Origin: Epithemia pelagica
Lineage: Eukaryota; Protista; Bacillariophyta
Direction: 5' to 3'
DNA length: 64,000 nucleotides
Assembly: GCA_946965045.2 (NCBI GenBank)
Contig: OX337232.1
Coordinates: 2,294,001-2,358,000, forward strand
Made by a program: the position numbers and the translations under genes. The notes beneath the pieces are model-generated. The model had not been told where the DNA came from, made no database searches, and saw nothing but the letters and a program-made list of their open reading frames with translations. This document shows positions 33,993 to 47,100 of this stretch, piece after piece; position 1 is the first letter of the stretch, and the number at the start of each line of letters is the position of its first letter.

Positions 33993-35775
33993 TCAAGTCC
34001 AATTTCCCCAGTGCTCTTGGATAAAATCGAAAACACCGAGTTGCTCCGCTGTTTGTTCCACAATTAAAGTGGCAGAGATTTTCCACATGGATGCTAATGG
34101 AATTTTTCCAAACGGGACCATAGGCTCGGTCATTAGTGGTTTTTCAGTGTCCCGGTATCTCTCTTTCCAGACCATCAAAGGCGGCAACACAAGAAACAAC
34201 GTGCTTACGCCAAAGGATCCGCCGTATTCCAACGCTTGGTAGAAAATGTCAGGATTGGTCAATGAGAGGCCAAGCGGCGGCGCAAAAACAAGTGCATAAA
34301 GCGCAGGCTTCCACTTCTCAAATTCCTCGCCCTTCAATGGGATGGAAAACTGATAACAACAAGTTGCGCTAGTCAGGGGCATGGAGAAAGAAGTAGAAGA
34401 GACGGAGAGAACAGAGGCTGGCTTACCTGGTCAGTCCATGCGTCAATCAGTCCATAAGTGAATCCAACCAGACTGGTAACTAACGCGAGAACAGAGAACG
34501 TTGTCACAAGAGGAGCTAAAACGGACCCTCCAGCTTCCCCTGCCTGAAGGAGAGCCACAGGGTCTACTTGGCTCAAATCCGTGCCGGATGCAAGGGCGTT
34601 TCCTAAGCAGACGGCATTCCACGCCAAAAACATTACGAGCGGCACCGTTGTACCACCAATAATGGCTTTGGTGATTTTAGTTCGATCTCCTTCCAGGTTT
34701 GATACAACAGTTGGTACCACATTTTGAAAAACAAGGGCGAGGAAAAGAATAGGCAAGCAAGAGACAACATTTTCGGGGTGTTGATTGGACACGTCCACCA
34801 ACGCCGCGAAATCCGCCGTATTGGCGCCGACAGCAACAATCGACAAGAAAGAAGCAATCACTCCCAGAACCATTACGTTATTCACCTTTTCCACAAAGTT
34901 GGAGGAAGCAAAAAAGAGTGACAAACCCATTGCAAAAGCAAACGCAATGGAACCATTTTGATCCCACCCAAGAATCTGTTCAACGTCCTTGCCTCCTTGG
35001 GCAATATACGCCACCATCATGGCATAATGAAGGAAAAAGTACGCAGCAGTTCCGGCGACACTTCCTGCTTTCCCCAATGATGAATCGTATAAATCTAGGA
35101 GACCAAGACCTGGTCTCCCAGTTCGGCCCATACGATTAAGCGTGAGCTCTGCAATCAAAAGTCCGGAACAGGTCATGTAGACATAAGCCCAGCACATTGC
35201 AAACGTTGATGGAATGAAGCCCGACACCACAGTTGCCGATGGAAGGGCTAAAATGCCAGCACCGACCTGATTAAAACAAGATGGGTGAGCATCTTTCAAC
35301 TTCCGGCAAGCTCAAGCATGCCAAGGTCACTCACGGTTGTTCCAGCAATGAGAGCAGCCGCCCCTACCACAGATCCAGAAGCATGCTTTGACACAATGTT
35401 ATTATCTCCCTCAACAACGTATTCAAGAGAACTGAACATCCGAGGCACATCGCCCGATTGGTACTCGGGAAAAACAAAGCGTTCTTCATCAACAGTCCCC
35501 ATTTTCTCTTGGAAATCCTTCACAATATCGGGCATCCCGTTGGTTAACATCTCGGTACTGTTCATTGTTTCCTTCTGAAAGTATGGAATGGTATCCAAAA
35601 TGGAGGATATCCTGTCTTCGGTAGTCGACGACAGTCTCCATATTTTCGCAGGCTTGGACGAATCGGTGGAGATAGAACCTGAGGGCACCACAAAAGCCGT
35701 CACACCCAAATCAACGCTTCCACTGAACAGGGCAATCAGCACGGCGACACTGGGTAGAGTCATTCTCGGAGCCAT
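33993..35775 (-). CDS. Aromatic amino-acid permease (TyrP/Trp-Tyr permease), probably plastid-targeted; introns 35267-35334 and 34350-34426
   Basis: LIAGTT/VGAGILALP, FQNVVP and YGGSFGV motifs. Both introns are phase 0 GT-AG. Signal peptide followed by TAF-VVP. Confidence 0.85.
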
Positions 35776-36001
35776 CGTGAGGTTAGAGAATAAAGAAACC
35801 ACCTTGGCCTTCAGGATGAAGAAGATTGCCGATGTGGTTCGCCAAGAAGAAAGTGGAAGCAGATGAATGCTTCAAGCGAAGATGGGTTGTCCACGTCATA
35901 TTTTTCGCACTGACACAAGAAGTCGAACTGACAAGCACCAGATACGCGTCAGCGATTGAAAACCTAGCGGTCAAAAATTGATGCCACTTCTCTTCCGATT
36001 G

Positions 36002-37595
<1,594 letters not shown>

Positions 37596-38177
37596 GTCCT
37601 GCAGATCTGGGATCAGAGACGAGACAGAATTCTCGGCACCGACACTGTCTGTCTGTGTTACTGTCTGTTTACGAGTATGTCACTTGTCAGTTGTCGAACA
37701 CACACCCAACCAGTATCAAAATCCATAGTCACTCCTCAGAATAATATTGCCACGCTACCCGCTACGCTACTTGTACGCGGACGTGGTGGCGGTGCTCCTC
37801 TCTAGCTCTAGTCTAGAGAATAACTAGAAGAGCTTCTACACCAAGAGGGGAAAGGGCAGAGAAAGAAAGTAACTTGAGAGTCAACAACAACAGAACTTGC
37901 AATGTGACCAACCATCATTGATCGATGAGATCCAAAGTTCCAAATATCGATATGTCGATATGATTTGTTACTCGTTGGTTTCATTGCTAACTATCGTGAA
38001 CGAAGAGAACGCGGGAGTTTGCTGTTCTGAGCATGCCTGCGATCGATCTAGAGCACCAAAATGTTTTGATGATGCTTTTGGAGAGATCTTATGAGTTCTC
38101 AGCTTCCCATAGATAGGCTACGAGGGGAAAGGAACGAAGGGAACTAGATGCGTCGATCGAAAACGAAAGAACGGTCC

Positions 38178-39146
38178 TCATGAAGCTTCCATCAGATTTC
38201 TTTCGGATTCTGCCTCCTTTCGCATATTATCATGGGTCTGTTTCAACAAAGTCCGGTATTCCTCTTCATTCATTTTCATTGAAGCGAGAAACTCATTACA
38301 CTGCTCAATATACTTCGGGTTGATTGCTTTCATAAGGCTAAATCGAGTAAAGAAAATGTCCCACCTTTCTTCGATCTTTTCAACTTCATCCAAGTAGTAC
38401 AGTTTTCCTACTGGATCAAAGTTTCCATACTGTGCTCCCAACTGTATAAGATTATCGTGGTCGTTGTACAGCATATCAAATTCCTCCTTCACTGTCGGTG
38501 ACTGAAAGGCAGACTCTTCGCCTGTGAACGGCTTGGCTGTGAATTGCTCTGCGGCGAGAATGGCAGCCGTAGAAGCTGGGCCAGAGTTTCCGCCTTGTGC
38601 TGCTGCCATCATTTGCTCCAGATCCAGCTCTGGAGGTGGGGGAGGAGGTGCTTGTTCGTTGGCCATGGCAGAAAGACAGTCCGCCTGCCACTTCAACCCA
38701 GCAATAATGTTGGTCATACTTTCACCATGCTTTTCAACTTGCGCCTCTCCAAGAAACGCATATTCTCGTGTTTGAAAGTCGCATGAATTGCGCATAATGT
38801 TGGTTGTCTCTTCCCATCGGCTCACAGTTTTCTTTAGCTTGGTCGCTACATCCAATACTTGATCCTTGTCAGGATTATTGCCCATTTGGAGGTCTAAATT
38901 AATGCGTGCGAATGCTGTAGCAAACTCAGGTCCCTCCAGAGTGAGTTGTTCGACCGACACGTCAAGTTTCTCCACTTGTTTCGACCGAAATGGACAGAAT
39001 GGCCCAACTGGTGTAAGAGCAAATAGTTCAAGGAGCCTTCTTGAACTGCGGGGAAGTCTACATCTGGTTGGGTCGACTGGCGAGAAGCCTGAGACGAGGC
39101 TGTGAGTCGCAAGCAATATGAATATGTTTTTCGTCGTCAACATCAT
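38178..39146 (-). CDS. Plastid-targeted protein with C-terminal DUF1825-like domain
   Basis: Signal peptide plus SGF-SP motif. C-terminal LIQLGAQYGNFDPVGK..LDEVEKIEERW..F..RF resembles the cyanobacterial/plastid DUF1825 family. Confidence 0.6.
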   Translation of the reverse strand: MMLTTKNIFILLATHSLVSGFSPVDPTRCRLPRSSRRLLELFALTPVGPFCPFRSKQVEKLDVSVEQLTLEGPEFATAFARINLDLQMGNNPDKDQVLDVATKLKKTVSRWEETTNIMRNSCDFQTREYAFLGEAQVEKHGESMTNIIAGLKWQADCLSAMANEQAPPPPPPELDLEQMMAAAQGGNSGPASTAAILAAEQFTAKPFTGEESAFQSPTVKEEFDMLYNDHDNLIQLGAQYGNFDPVGKLYYLDEVEKIEERWDIFFTRFSLMKAINPKYIEQCNEFLASMKMNEEEYRTLLKQTHDNMRKEAESERNLMEAS

Positions 39147-39651
39147 CTTGCTGGTTTGAAGAAGAACTTGTCCAGTTTTCGATGTACTTGACACCATCTC
39201 GAGGAAAATCCCAGCGTGTTCAACCATAAGTTTATTCGATCGACGACAAATAATTTTATGATTCAACGATTAGATTTGACTTAGAGGTATAGAGCGGGAC
39301 TAAGCATCTCTAGCTAGACGCGGGACTCCTGTATCTCTTCGATGTGATGGGTGAATGAGTGAATGAGCCGCCGCTTGAGCAGATAGAACGGTATGACAAA
39401 GAGTCGGGACAAGGGAAGGAAGAAGGAGGGCAAGTTAGATCCTATGGTATGATATGTTCTCCTGTTTGAAATGATAGCAAGAAAACTTATCCCGCACATG
39501 ATGGCAGCATACTGCGAAGATGAAGCGGCCGACACAAAATGGTCGTGGCCCAGGTTGACGGCGTGGGTCACCTCCACGAGTGTCTTTATCAGCAACTCAC
39601 CGAAACAAAATATAGTCGGTTATGACTTAACAAGGGAATTTCTCTCCCATT

Positions 39652-40908
39652 TCAGGACAAAACCTTTTTCGATGGGTCAACATCATCCCGTTGTGCCTGG
39701 GCAAATGTCAGTAAGCGTTTGATACTGGTGAGGTACTTTCTTTGGAGTTCGCTATTCATGACATGGGCAACATTGGCGGACTCAATTTTGGCTCGTCCAG
39801 TACGAGCGTGAATCCCAACCATGGTAACTCCAATAGGCCAGGCGGCACGTCCAATTGCGACATCCATATAAGCTTGATGGGCTTGAACAAATTCTCCAGC
39901 ACGACCATATTGTGTGATTCGAGCAAGGGGTTGGAGCAGAGTGCTTTGATCCAATTGCCGCGTTTTGCAAGCCTGAAACAATGGACCAATATAATCACGA
40001 CACTGCCGTGCTGTTTTTGTCTCTCTTTTCCCCGCCATCGAATGCTTAACACTGTCTGGACGAGATGCAAGTTGACGTTCCCATTCCATTAGCAACCCTT
40101 GAAAGTAGTCTAATATTTGATCGTGAGGATCTTTGCCTTCCCAAGGTATCGGAGAAACTTTCTTGTTTGAGCTTTGTTGCTTTGAACTGTCTCCGGATGT
40201 TGCTTGTATTTGTCGTTGATCGTTTTCGTCCATCTGCGATGCGTTTGAGCCATGATCTTTAGCAATACTAGTCGATCCACTCGAATCATGACCAACTTTG
40301 GGAAAATGTTCTTTATTGGTTGCCTTGTCATCATCGTCCTCAGGATCGTCTTTTTCCAGAAACGGATTTCGGATACGATGACCCTTTTCAAGCTGATATT
40401 CTCGTCGTTCCGACTGTCCCAAAAGTGATTTTGTTCTTCCTTCCATTGCCTGATTTAATCGATCTTGGCGAGCCTTGTCATCCATTCGCTCCCCAAACAA
40501 CCGAATGGGCAAACCCAAAAGGCGAAGTCGACGCGTCAATTCCAAAGGCGGGAAAATTTTCCCTGTCGAAGATTTTTGTTTGTCATTTTCGTCACGGGGC
40601 TTCAAAATTTTGCTATCGTCGTCGTTTATTTTCACACGCTTCGACTTGGGTACATCGTCATTGTGTCTACTCAAATTGCCATCCACTATTATGTCCGTCG
40701 TCGTGCTAGGTAATGGTTTATCTTTCTTCTCAATGCGTGAACTCGACGATGACGATCTGGCTTCCAATTCGGCTTGCTGATGTTCTTCTTCGATTTGACG
40801 TAAATCAGCTGCTCGAAGGAAGGAACTCTCTTCTTTGTTGCCTGCACGTTTCTTGGCCTCTCGCAAAGCCTTGCGCTTACGCGCCATTTCACGCTTCAGC
40901 GCATCCAT
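39652..40908 (-). CDS. PRP18: Pre-mRNA splicing factor Prp18
   Basis: PRP4-like motif RLRLLGLPIRLFGE, plus AIGRAAWPIGVTMVGIHARTG and QRKYLTSIKRL. Confidence 0.93.
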   Translation of the reverse strand: MDALKREMARKRKALREAKKRAGNKEESSFLRAADLRQIEEEHQQAELEARSSSSSSRIEKKDKPLPSTTTDIIVDGNLSRHNDDVPKSKRVKINDDDSKILKPRDENDKQKSSTGKIFPPLELTRRLRLLGLPIRLFGERMDDKARQDRLNQAMEGRTKSLLGQSERREYQLEKGHRIRNPFLEKDDPEDDDDKATNKEHFPKVGHDSSGSTSIAKDHGSNASQMDENDQRQIQATSGDSSKQQSSNKKVSPIPWEGKDPHDQILDYFQGLLMEWERQLASRPDSVKHSMAGKRETKTARQCRDYIGPLFQACKTRQLDQSTLLQPLARITQYGRAGEFVQAHQAYMDVAIGRAAWPIGVTMVGIHARTGRAKIESANVAHVMNSELQRKYLTSIKRLLTFAQAQRDDVDPSKKVLS

Positions 40909-41177
40909 TTCGGCGTTCCTTTATGACAATATGGGAAGTAGTATTGTAGACTTGATTTATATCGAATATTTGTAGTGGCTTGGTTCTTGGTTCCACAAGG
41001 GTCTCTTCTCTCGCGAATCTGATACGGGACTCAGAGGCGACCTTCATGCTTATAAATCAGCGACCGACCCTACCTATGGAAGAAAAAAGTGTCAAACGAT
41101 AGAAGAGATCGAGCCTGTTAGGAGTACTTTGAGGCGGCTGTCCTACCGGTAGTACTAAAAGCTCATAGCATTCACTA

Positions 41178-44100
41178 CTATGTATCTTCACGCGCTCTTT
41201 GAAGACGGAGCAGCTGCTCAAGACGTTGCACTGGCGACACAGCAGCGTCACTGCTACGCTGTGCCTGTGCCAACAAAAGCTGGTGGCTTGGGATGCTTGC
41301 TGGAACTCGATTGATGGCGAATGTGTGAGGCAATTCTTGTGGTTGGATCAAGCTCCTGTTAATTAACACATTGGTCGACAACGGTGGATTTGCAGCAATT
41401 GCCCTCGTATGTGGTGCCAATGAACGAAGATCTGCCTGGTACATTGTTTTTGGAACCTGTAGAATAGGATCTATGGCTGCTGGGTGATGTTGTCTTACTG
41501 TAGTAGAGCTCGGAAGAAGAGACACTGGAACCGCAGCTCCCGCCCCAAAACTACGCATAGTAGGGAGCAATGTTCCTGGTTGTTGGATTTGTCGACTGAC
41601 CAGATCTGCAGGCTGCTTTTGAAGAGCATCATGAAAAGGGTTTTATTGTATATTAGTTCATCACATGACCCTCAGAAGCATTTGTTGGAACCTATTGTGA
41701 CCTGACTGATGGTCGCCCTTATAACGGTCGGGATTAGCGCTGTGGCCTCTATAACGGTCGGGATTAGCGCCTTGGGATTCGACTACTGGGGAAACTATGT
41801 ACGGGATCAGGTCAGATGAATGGGAGTCGAAATAGGTCTTACTCCCACGGGGACACAAAAAAACACTGAATACGATTAGGATAACGAAAACAAAATATTA
41901 GTAATGAGATCATAAGTTTGGGAAAACAAAACCTAATAGGCCAGTCTTAAAGTGTTCTAGCACGCTTCGAAGCGAAAGGAGATCGCTCGAGACAACAATG
42001 GCTACGGTAGACGACTTATCACTGAAGCACCTACGTTTGCAGACGTTTGATGGAAAGCACGAAAATTTCCAAGTTTGGTTCATGAACTTTCGTTCATATG
42101 CAGTGGCGCATGGATTCAAGTCGGCGATCAGCAAAGATGGGCCTGACACTGACTTGCCTTTGCGGGACGATTCACCTCTTGATACCGATACAACAGTGGC
42201 AGGAAAACAAACTTTGGCTAAGAAGAAGAATGCGGCAGCCTTTTGTGCCTTGAACCTTGCGATGACAAGCCCTCAAATGATCCGAATGTTGACCGAAGCT
42301 CAGACGGATGAATGGCCCGATGGTTTGGCTTGGAAGGTGATTGCTGCATTGCACAAGAGATTCAAACCGACATCGAAGATTGAGATGCGACGGTTGTTGG
42401 GTAAAGTGGCAATGACCAAGAAAGAAGATCCGACTACTCTGTTCAGCCAAATTGGGCAGATTGAAAATATGTTCAACGTGTCGATTGATGATGAGGAGAA
42501 AATTGCGATCGCGATTGAAGCAGCTCCGCGAGAATACCAGTCGATTATTGTGTCGGAACAACGCCAGCAGGGTGCAGCATTGACGTCGGACCACATCGAA
42601 GACGTTATGCGGTTGCACTGGCGTGCACTTTATGGTCAGCGCACCAAGAATTTCCTGCAAGACGACGGAGACGAAGACAACGAGATTGGTCTCGCAGCTG
42701 GAGACAAACAAGGTTCAACGTCAGGAAAGTCAAAGTCAAGCAAGAAAAGTGGGTAAGGTGACGGTAAGAAGACTTAAAAATTCAAGGGCAAGTGCCATCA
42801 TTGCGGAAAAGTCGGGCACAAGGCCGCAGACTGCTGGATAAAACCCGAGAACAAAGACAAGAGGCCCGAATGGTACAAGGTCGAGGAGCATGGCAAAGTG
42901 GCAAAGGACAGTGGTGAGACGGATGTCGAAGGCAGCGTTGAAATCATCACTTGTGCGGTCGACTTACCTCCATTGATCCCTCGGAACATGGTATGGTTGG
43001 ATACCGATGACGAGGACGAACACAACGAATACGAAGAACTTCCTGATTCGGTACTCGATCACGAGATCGTGAGCGACACCGACGACGAAGAGACAGAAGG
43101 CGAAGACGAAGACCATGATTGGATCAGTTTGTTGGGTGAAGAGGACGATGAAAGCATCGACGACTCGTTGGTTGTTGTATCAGATGATGAAGAAGAAGTG
43201 GACAGGGAGATCTGCTGTGCCGGTATGGCGAAGGAAATGGAATTCCCAGCCATCCAAAGTCTCCTGACAGATCCGAATGTATGGATCGCAGACACAGGAG
43301 CGACGACGCATATGACCCCGTTTCGCGTCGGAATGGTTGATGTCAAGAAACAACATGATGAGAAAGGGATCACCATGGGCAACAATAAAACAGAAAAGGT
43401 CGTGGAAGTTGGCAACTTACCTGGAGTGTTGCACGACAAGAATGGGAACGCGCTCAACCGTGTGAAGATGCAAGATGTCAGCGTGGTTCCAAGCGGTGGA
43501 TTCAACCTGTTCAGCATCACGAAAATGCAGATGAGTGGATGGAAATTGGAAGGAGACAAACAGTCAATCCGACTTACCAAGAATGGGCAGGAAATCATCT
43601 TCGATATCAAGATCCAAACGCCCAAGGGAGTGATTTTTGCCGCGTATTTTGAAAGGACCGAGTTGGGAAACGCAGCGACAAGTGAAGAACAAATCAAAAT
43701 GACAATGGAACAGGCTCATGAGAAACTGGGTCACATCGGAGAGAAAGCAGTAATCGAAACAGCCAAGAAACTTGGATGGAAACTCACCAAGACAACGATG
43801 CCAAAATGTGCAGCTTGTGCAGCTGGAAAGGCAAAACAGAAGAACTTGCCGCGAAATGAGAACGGAGAAGATGACAGGGAACACGATGACGAGAAACAAC
43901 TTTGTGCTTACCTTGACATGGCTTCGATCAAGAAGAAGCAAGACATGCCAATTCCGTCGAAGCCGCAGTGGAGAATCTTGGTGGTTCATCCGAAAGTCCA
44001 GCTCAAGCTTTCCGAGTTCTATGATGCCAAGGATGAGATGCCAGAGGACACATGTGAGAAAATGGCATTGATGAAACAACATGGTGTGTCCATCACTCAC

Positions 44101-47100
44101 CTTCGGTTGGACAATGCAGGCGAGAACAAGGCCTTGCAAAAACGGTGTCAAAATGAAAAGTGGCAACTTGGAATCCATTTCGAGTTCACTGCCCGTGATA
44201 CACCCCAGCAAAACTCTGTCGCTGAGGTGGGATTTGCTACCGTGATGAATCGAGCACGTGCGATGATGCACCGTGCTAATATCCCCATCGAAATCCGCTT
44301 CAAGTTGTGGCACGAGGCTTGCATGACGGCAACGCTTTTGGACGGCTTGGTTGTTGTGGATCATGGGGGAAGATCTGCGACTCGATACGAACACATTTGG
44401 GGGAAAGTGCCAACGTTCGCGAAACACTTGCGAGTATGGGGGGAAGCCGGAACGGTCAAGATTAAGACTAAAACTTTCCTGAAATTGATGGACAAAGGAG
44501 TACATTGTTTCTTCGTGGGGTATGCACGCGATCATCCGGGTGACTGTTATGGGATGTTTGATCCTAAAACGGGTCGTGTTCGGGAATCACGTGACGTGAC
44601 TTGGCTAAAGCGGCTATACTACAAGAAACCTCCTAATGCCAAGGAACTACTCCCTCCTGAAAGAAAATAGTGCACGAATTTTGAAAAAAAACGATATCTC
44701 AACGAGCGAACGTCCTTTTTTCCTAAAATTTTTTTCCCTAGAAAGCTCTACTCATTAGCTCTATATTGGTGTATAACTTATATGTTCGATTCTTGCAAGG
44801 GGATGAGATATGACCGTTCAAAAGGCGCCATTTCGAGCTTTGCTTTTCAGTGCCCACCGGTTGAGACTTCTATGGCGCCTATGAACACGTCCTCTTCAGG
44901 GCGGCCCCCCAGGGCATCAAAGTTTAAGGCTCTGCGTGAAACAGACAAGATTCGTATTGTTTCGATGCTCAATTCCATGGTCAATCAAGGCACCTTTGGC
45001 CATGGTTCCATTGCTTTTGTTGCTCGAGAGATGGGTCTTGGCAGGTCGACCATAAGTAGGGTTTGGAGTGGCGCGCGCGTCACACGTGCCACAGGCATAA
45101 TTCACTCGCCTGAATTTTCGAGGAAGTTGAGCGCGCGTGGTCGAAGGCCTAAGTTTTCACCTTCCACGATTAGATCGAGAGTAAAAGCCCTTCCGTTGAT
45201 GGCACGGACCACAAGGCAAAATCTCTCCCTCGCGTTGAAGGTTTCTCACACCACGGTGAACTCGTGGGTGAAAAAAGGCATCCTTCGAAGCCACAGAAAC
45301 ATGTTGAAGCCTACGTTGACTGAACAAAACAAGTTGTCTCGCCTTCTCATGGCAACCTCCTTTATCAAAGAGAAAGAAGGCAAGGAAGGTGAGTATGAGT
45401 ATGAGGATATGTATGATCTGGTTCATGTGGACGAGAAGTGGTTCTATCTTTCCCAGGATGGGCAAAGATTTGTGTTGACAGACGATGAAAAAAACCCACA
45501 TCGCACTGTCAAGCACAAGAGTCATGTCACCAAGGTGATGTTTCTCTGTGCCGTTGCAAGGCCTCGCTTCATCCCCTATCTAAACAAGTGGTGGGATGGC
45601 AAGATTGGTATCTGGCCCATTGGTGAGTGGGTTCCTGCAAAAAGAGATTCTGCAAATCGTCGCAAGGGAACTCCTGTGTGGAAAAACACAAGCATTACAA
45701 GAGATGTCTACAGAGCTCTACTGGTTGAAAAGGTGTTGCCAGGCATTATAGAGAAATGGCCAGTGGAGGACAGGAAGGAAAGGGTGGTAAGGATCCAACA
45801 GGATGGTGCAAAATCTCACATCTCTGACGACGACCCTGAGTTTCTTGAGTTCCTAAAAGATCTGAAGAATGAAGGTCAGTTGGATGCCAGTCTGTACACT
45901 CAGTCTCCCAATAGTCCAGATACCAATATCTGTGACTTGGGGTTCTTCAGGGCCATTCAGAGTGCAAGTTTGATTGTTGGATCGTGCGAAAAGGCTTTGA
46001 TTGACTCTGTGACAAAGGCTTTTGCTGAGTATCCTAGAGAAAAACTGAACAGGACCTGGTTGACACTGCAATCCTGTTTCAACAGGATTATTGAAGAAGA
46101 TGGTGGGAATGACTACCAGATCCCCCACCTGAACAAGGAGGGTCTGGAGCGCAAAGGTCAGCTCCCTACTGTCTTGGATGTCACAAAGGCATTCGACCCA
46201 AACAACAATTTGCATGTAATGGAATAGGAACACTAATGCCTAATCCTACTAAATGAATACCTGGCCGACCTCCACTTGATTCAGGAGGCGGCCAGGGGCT
46301 ACGGCCAATGATTGTCATCATAGGACCCTTAATGGATTATTTGTTGTTATGGTTGTGTTGCTCTTGTTGTGTTTTCTCGTGTGGTTGGAAGGAGACGAAT
46401 GAGTTTTTCTCGCGTTAGGACACGCCGGGTTGTAGGAACTGAAGCCATGGATCAACCCGGGGGGCACGTGTCACTGGTTTATGTTCATCTACGAAATCAG
46501 GGTGGAGTTCGACTCCGAATGAGCCAGCCGTCCTCCTGTAGGTTTGTACCAGAGCCTACGAGAGTTTTTAACGCGACTAAAATAACCAAAAAAAAATCGT
46601 GCACTATTTTCTTTCAGGAGGGAGTACAAACCAATCCAGTCGTGGATGCTGAGGCTGCATCGAATCAAGGAGAGGGTCGCGGAAATGGTCGCGAAAACGA
46701 TGGCCAAGACGACCATGGCGGAAACGACGGCGATGTGGACGACAACAACTCCAACAATGAAGATGAACCGGATGATCCGATGCCTGAGGTGAACATGAGC
46801 ACAGGCAATGACGAATCCACGGCTCCAGTGCGGAATATTGTGATTCCGGAGCCCGTTGAAACAGCGACGACGCGAACAGGTCGTACTGTACGAGCACCAC
46901 AAAGGTTGATTGCTGAAATTGGACAAGCCGTGTTGTCCAAAGCAGAACAGAACTACTACCATGCCCTTCAGGCATTGGACTCTGATGCCGACAGCTTCCT
47001 GGATGAAGAATTGGCCATGGTGGGTGCCGGATTGGGGCAAGGCATCACGAATACAAAAGAGCTCAAGGTGATGACCTTCGATGAGGCAATGGCCCAAGCC

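Noticed and set aside
46369-46624. Track ORF start MFSRVVGRR upstream of the RT region
   Set aside because: It reads through the mariner 3' end; true Copia coding resumes after the TA at 46625.
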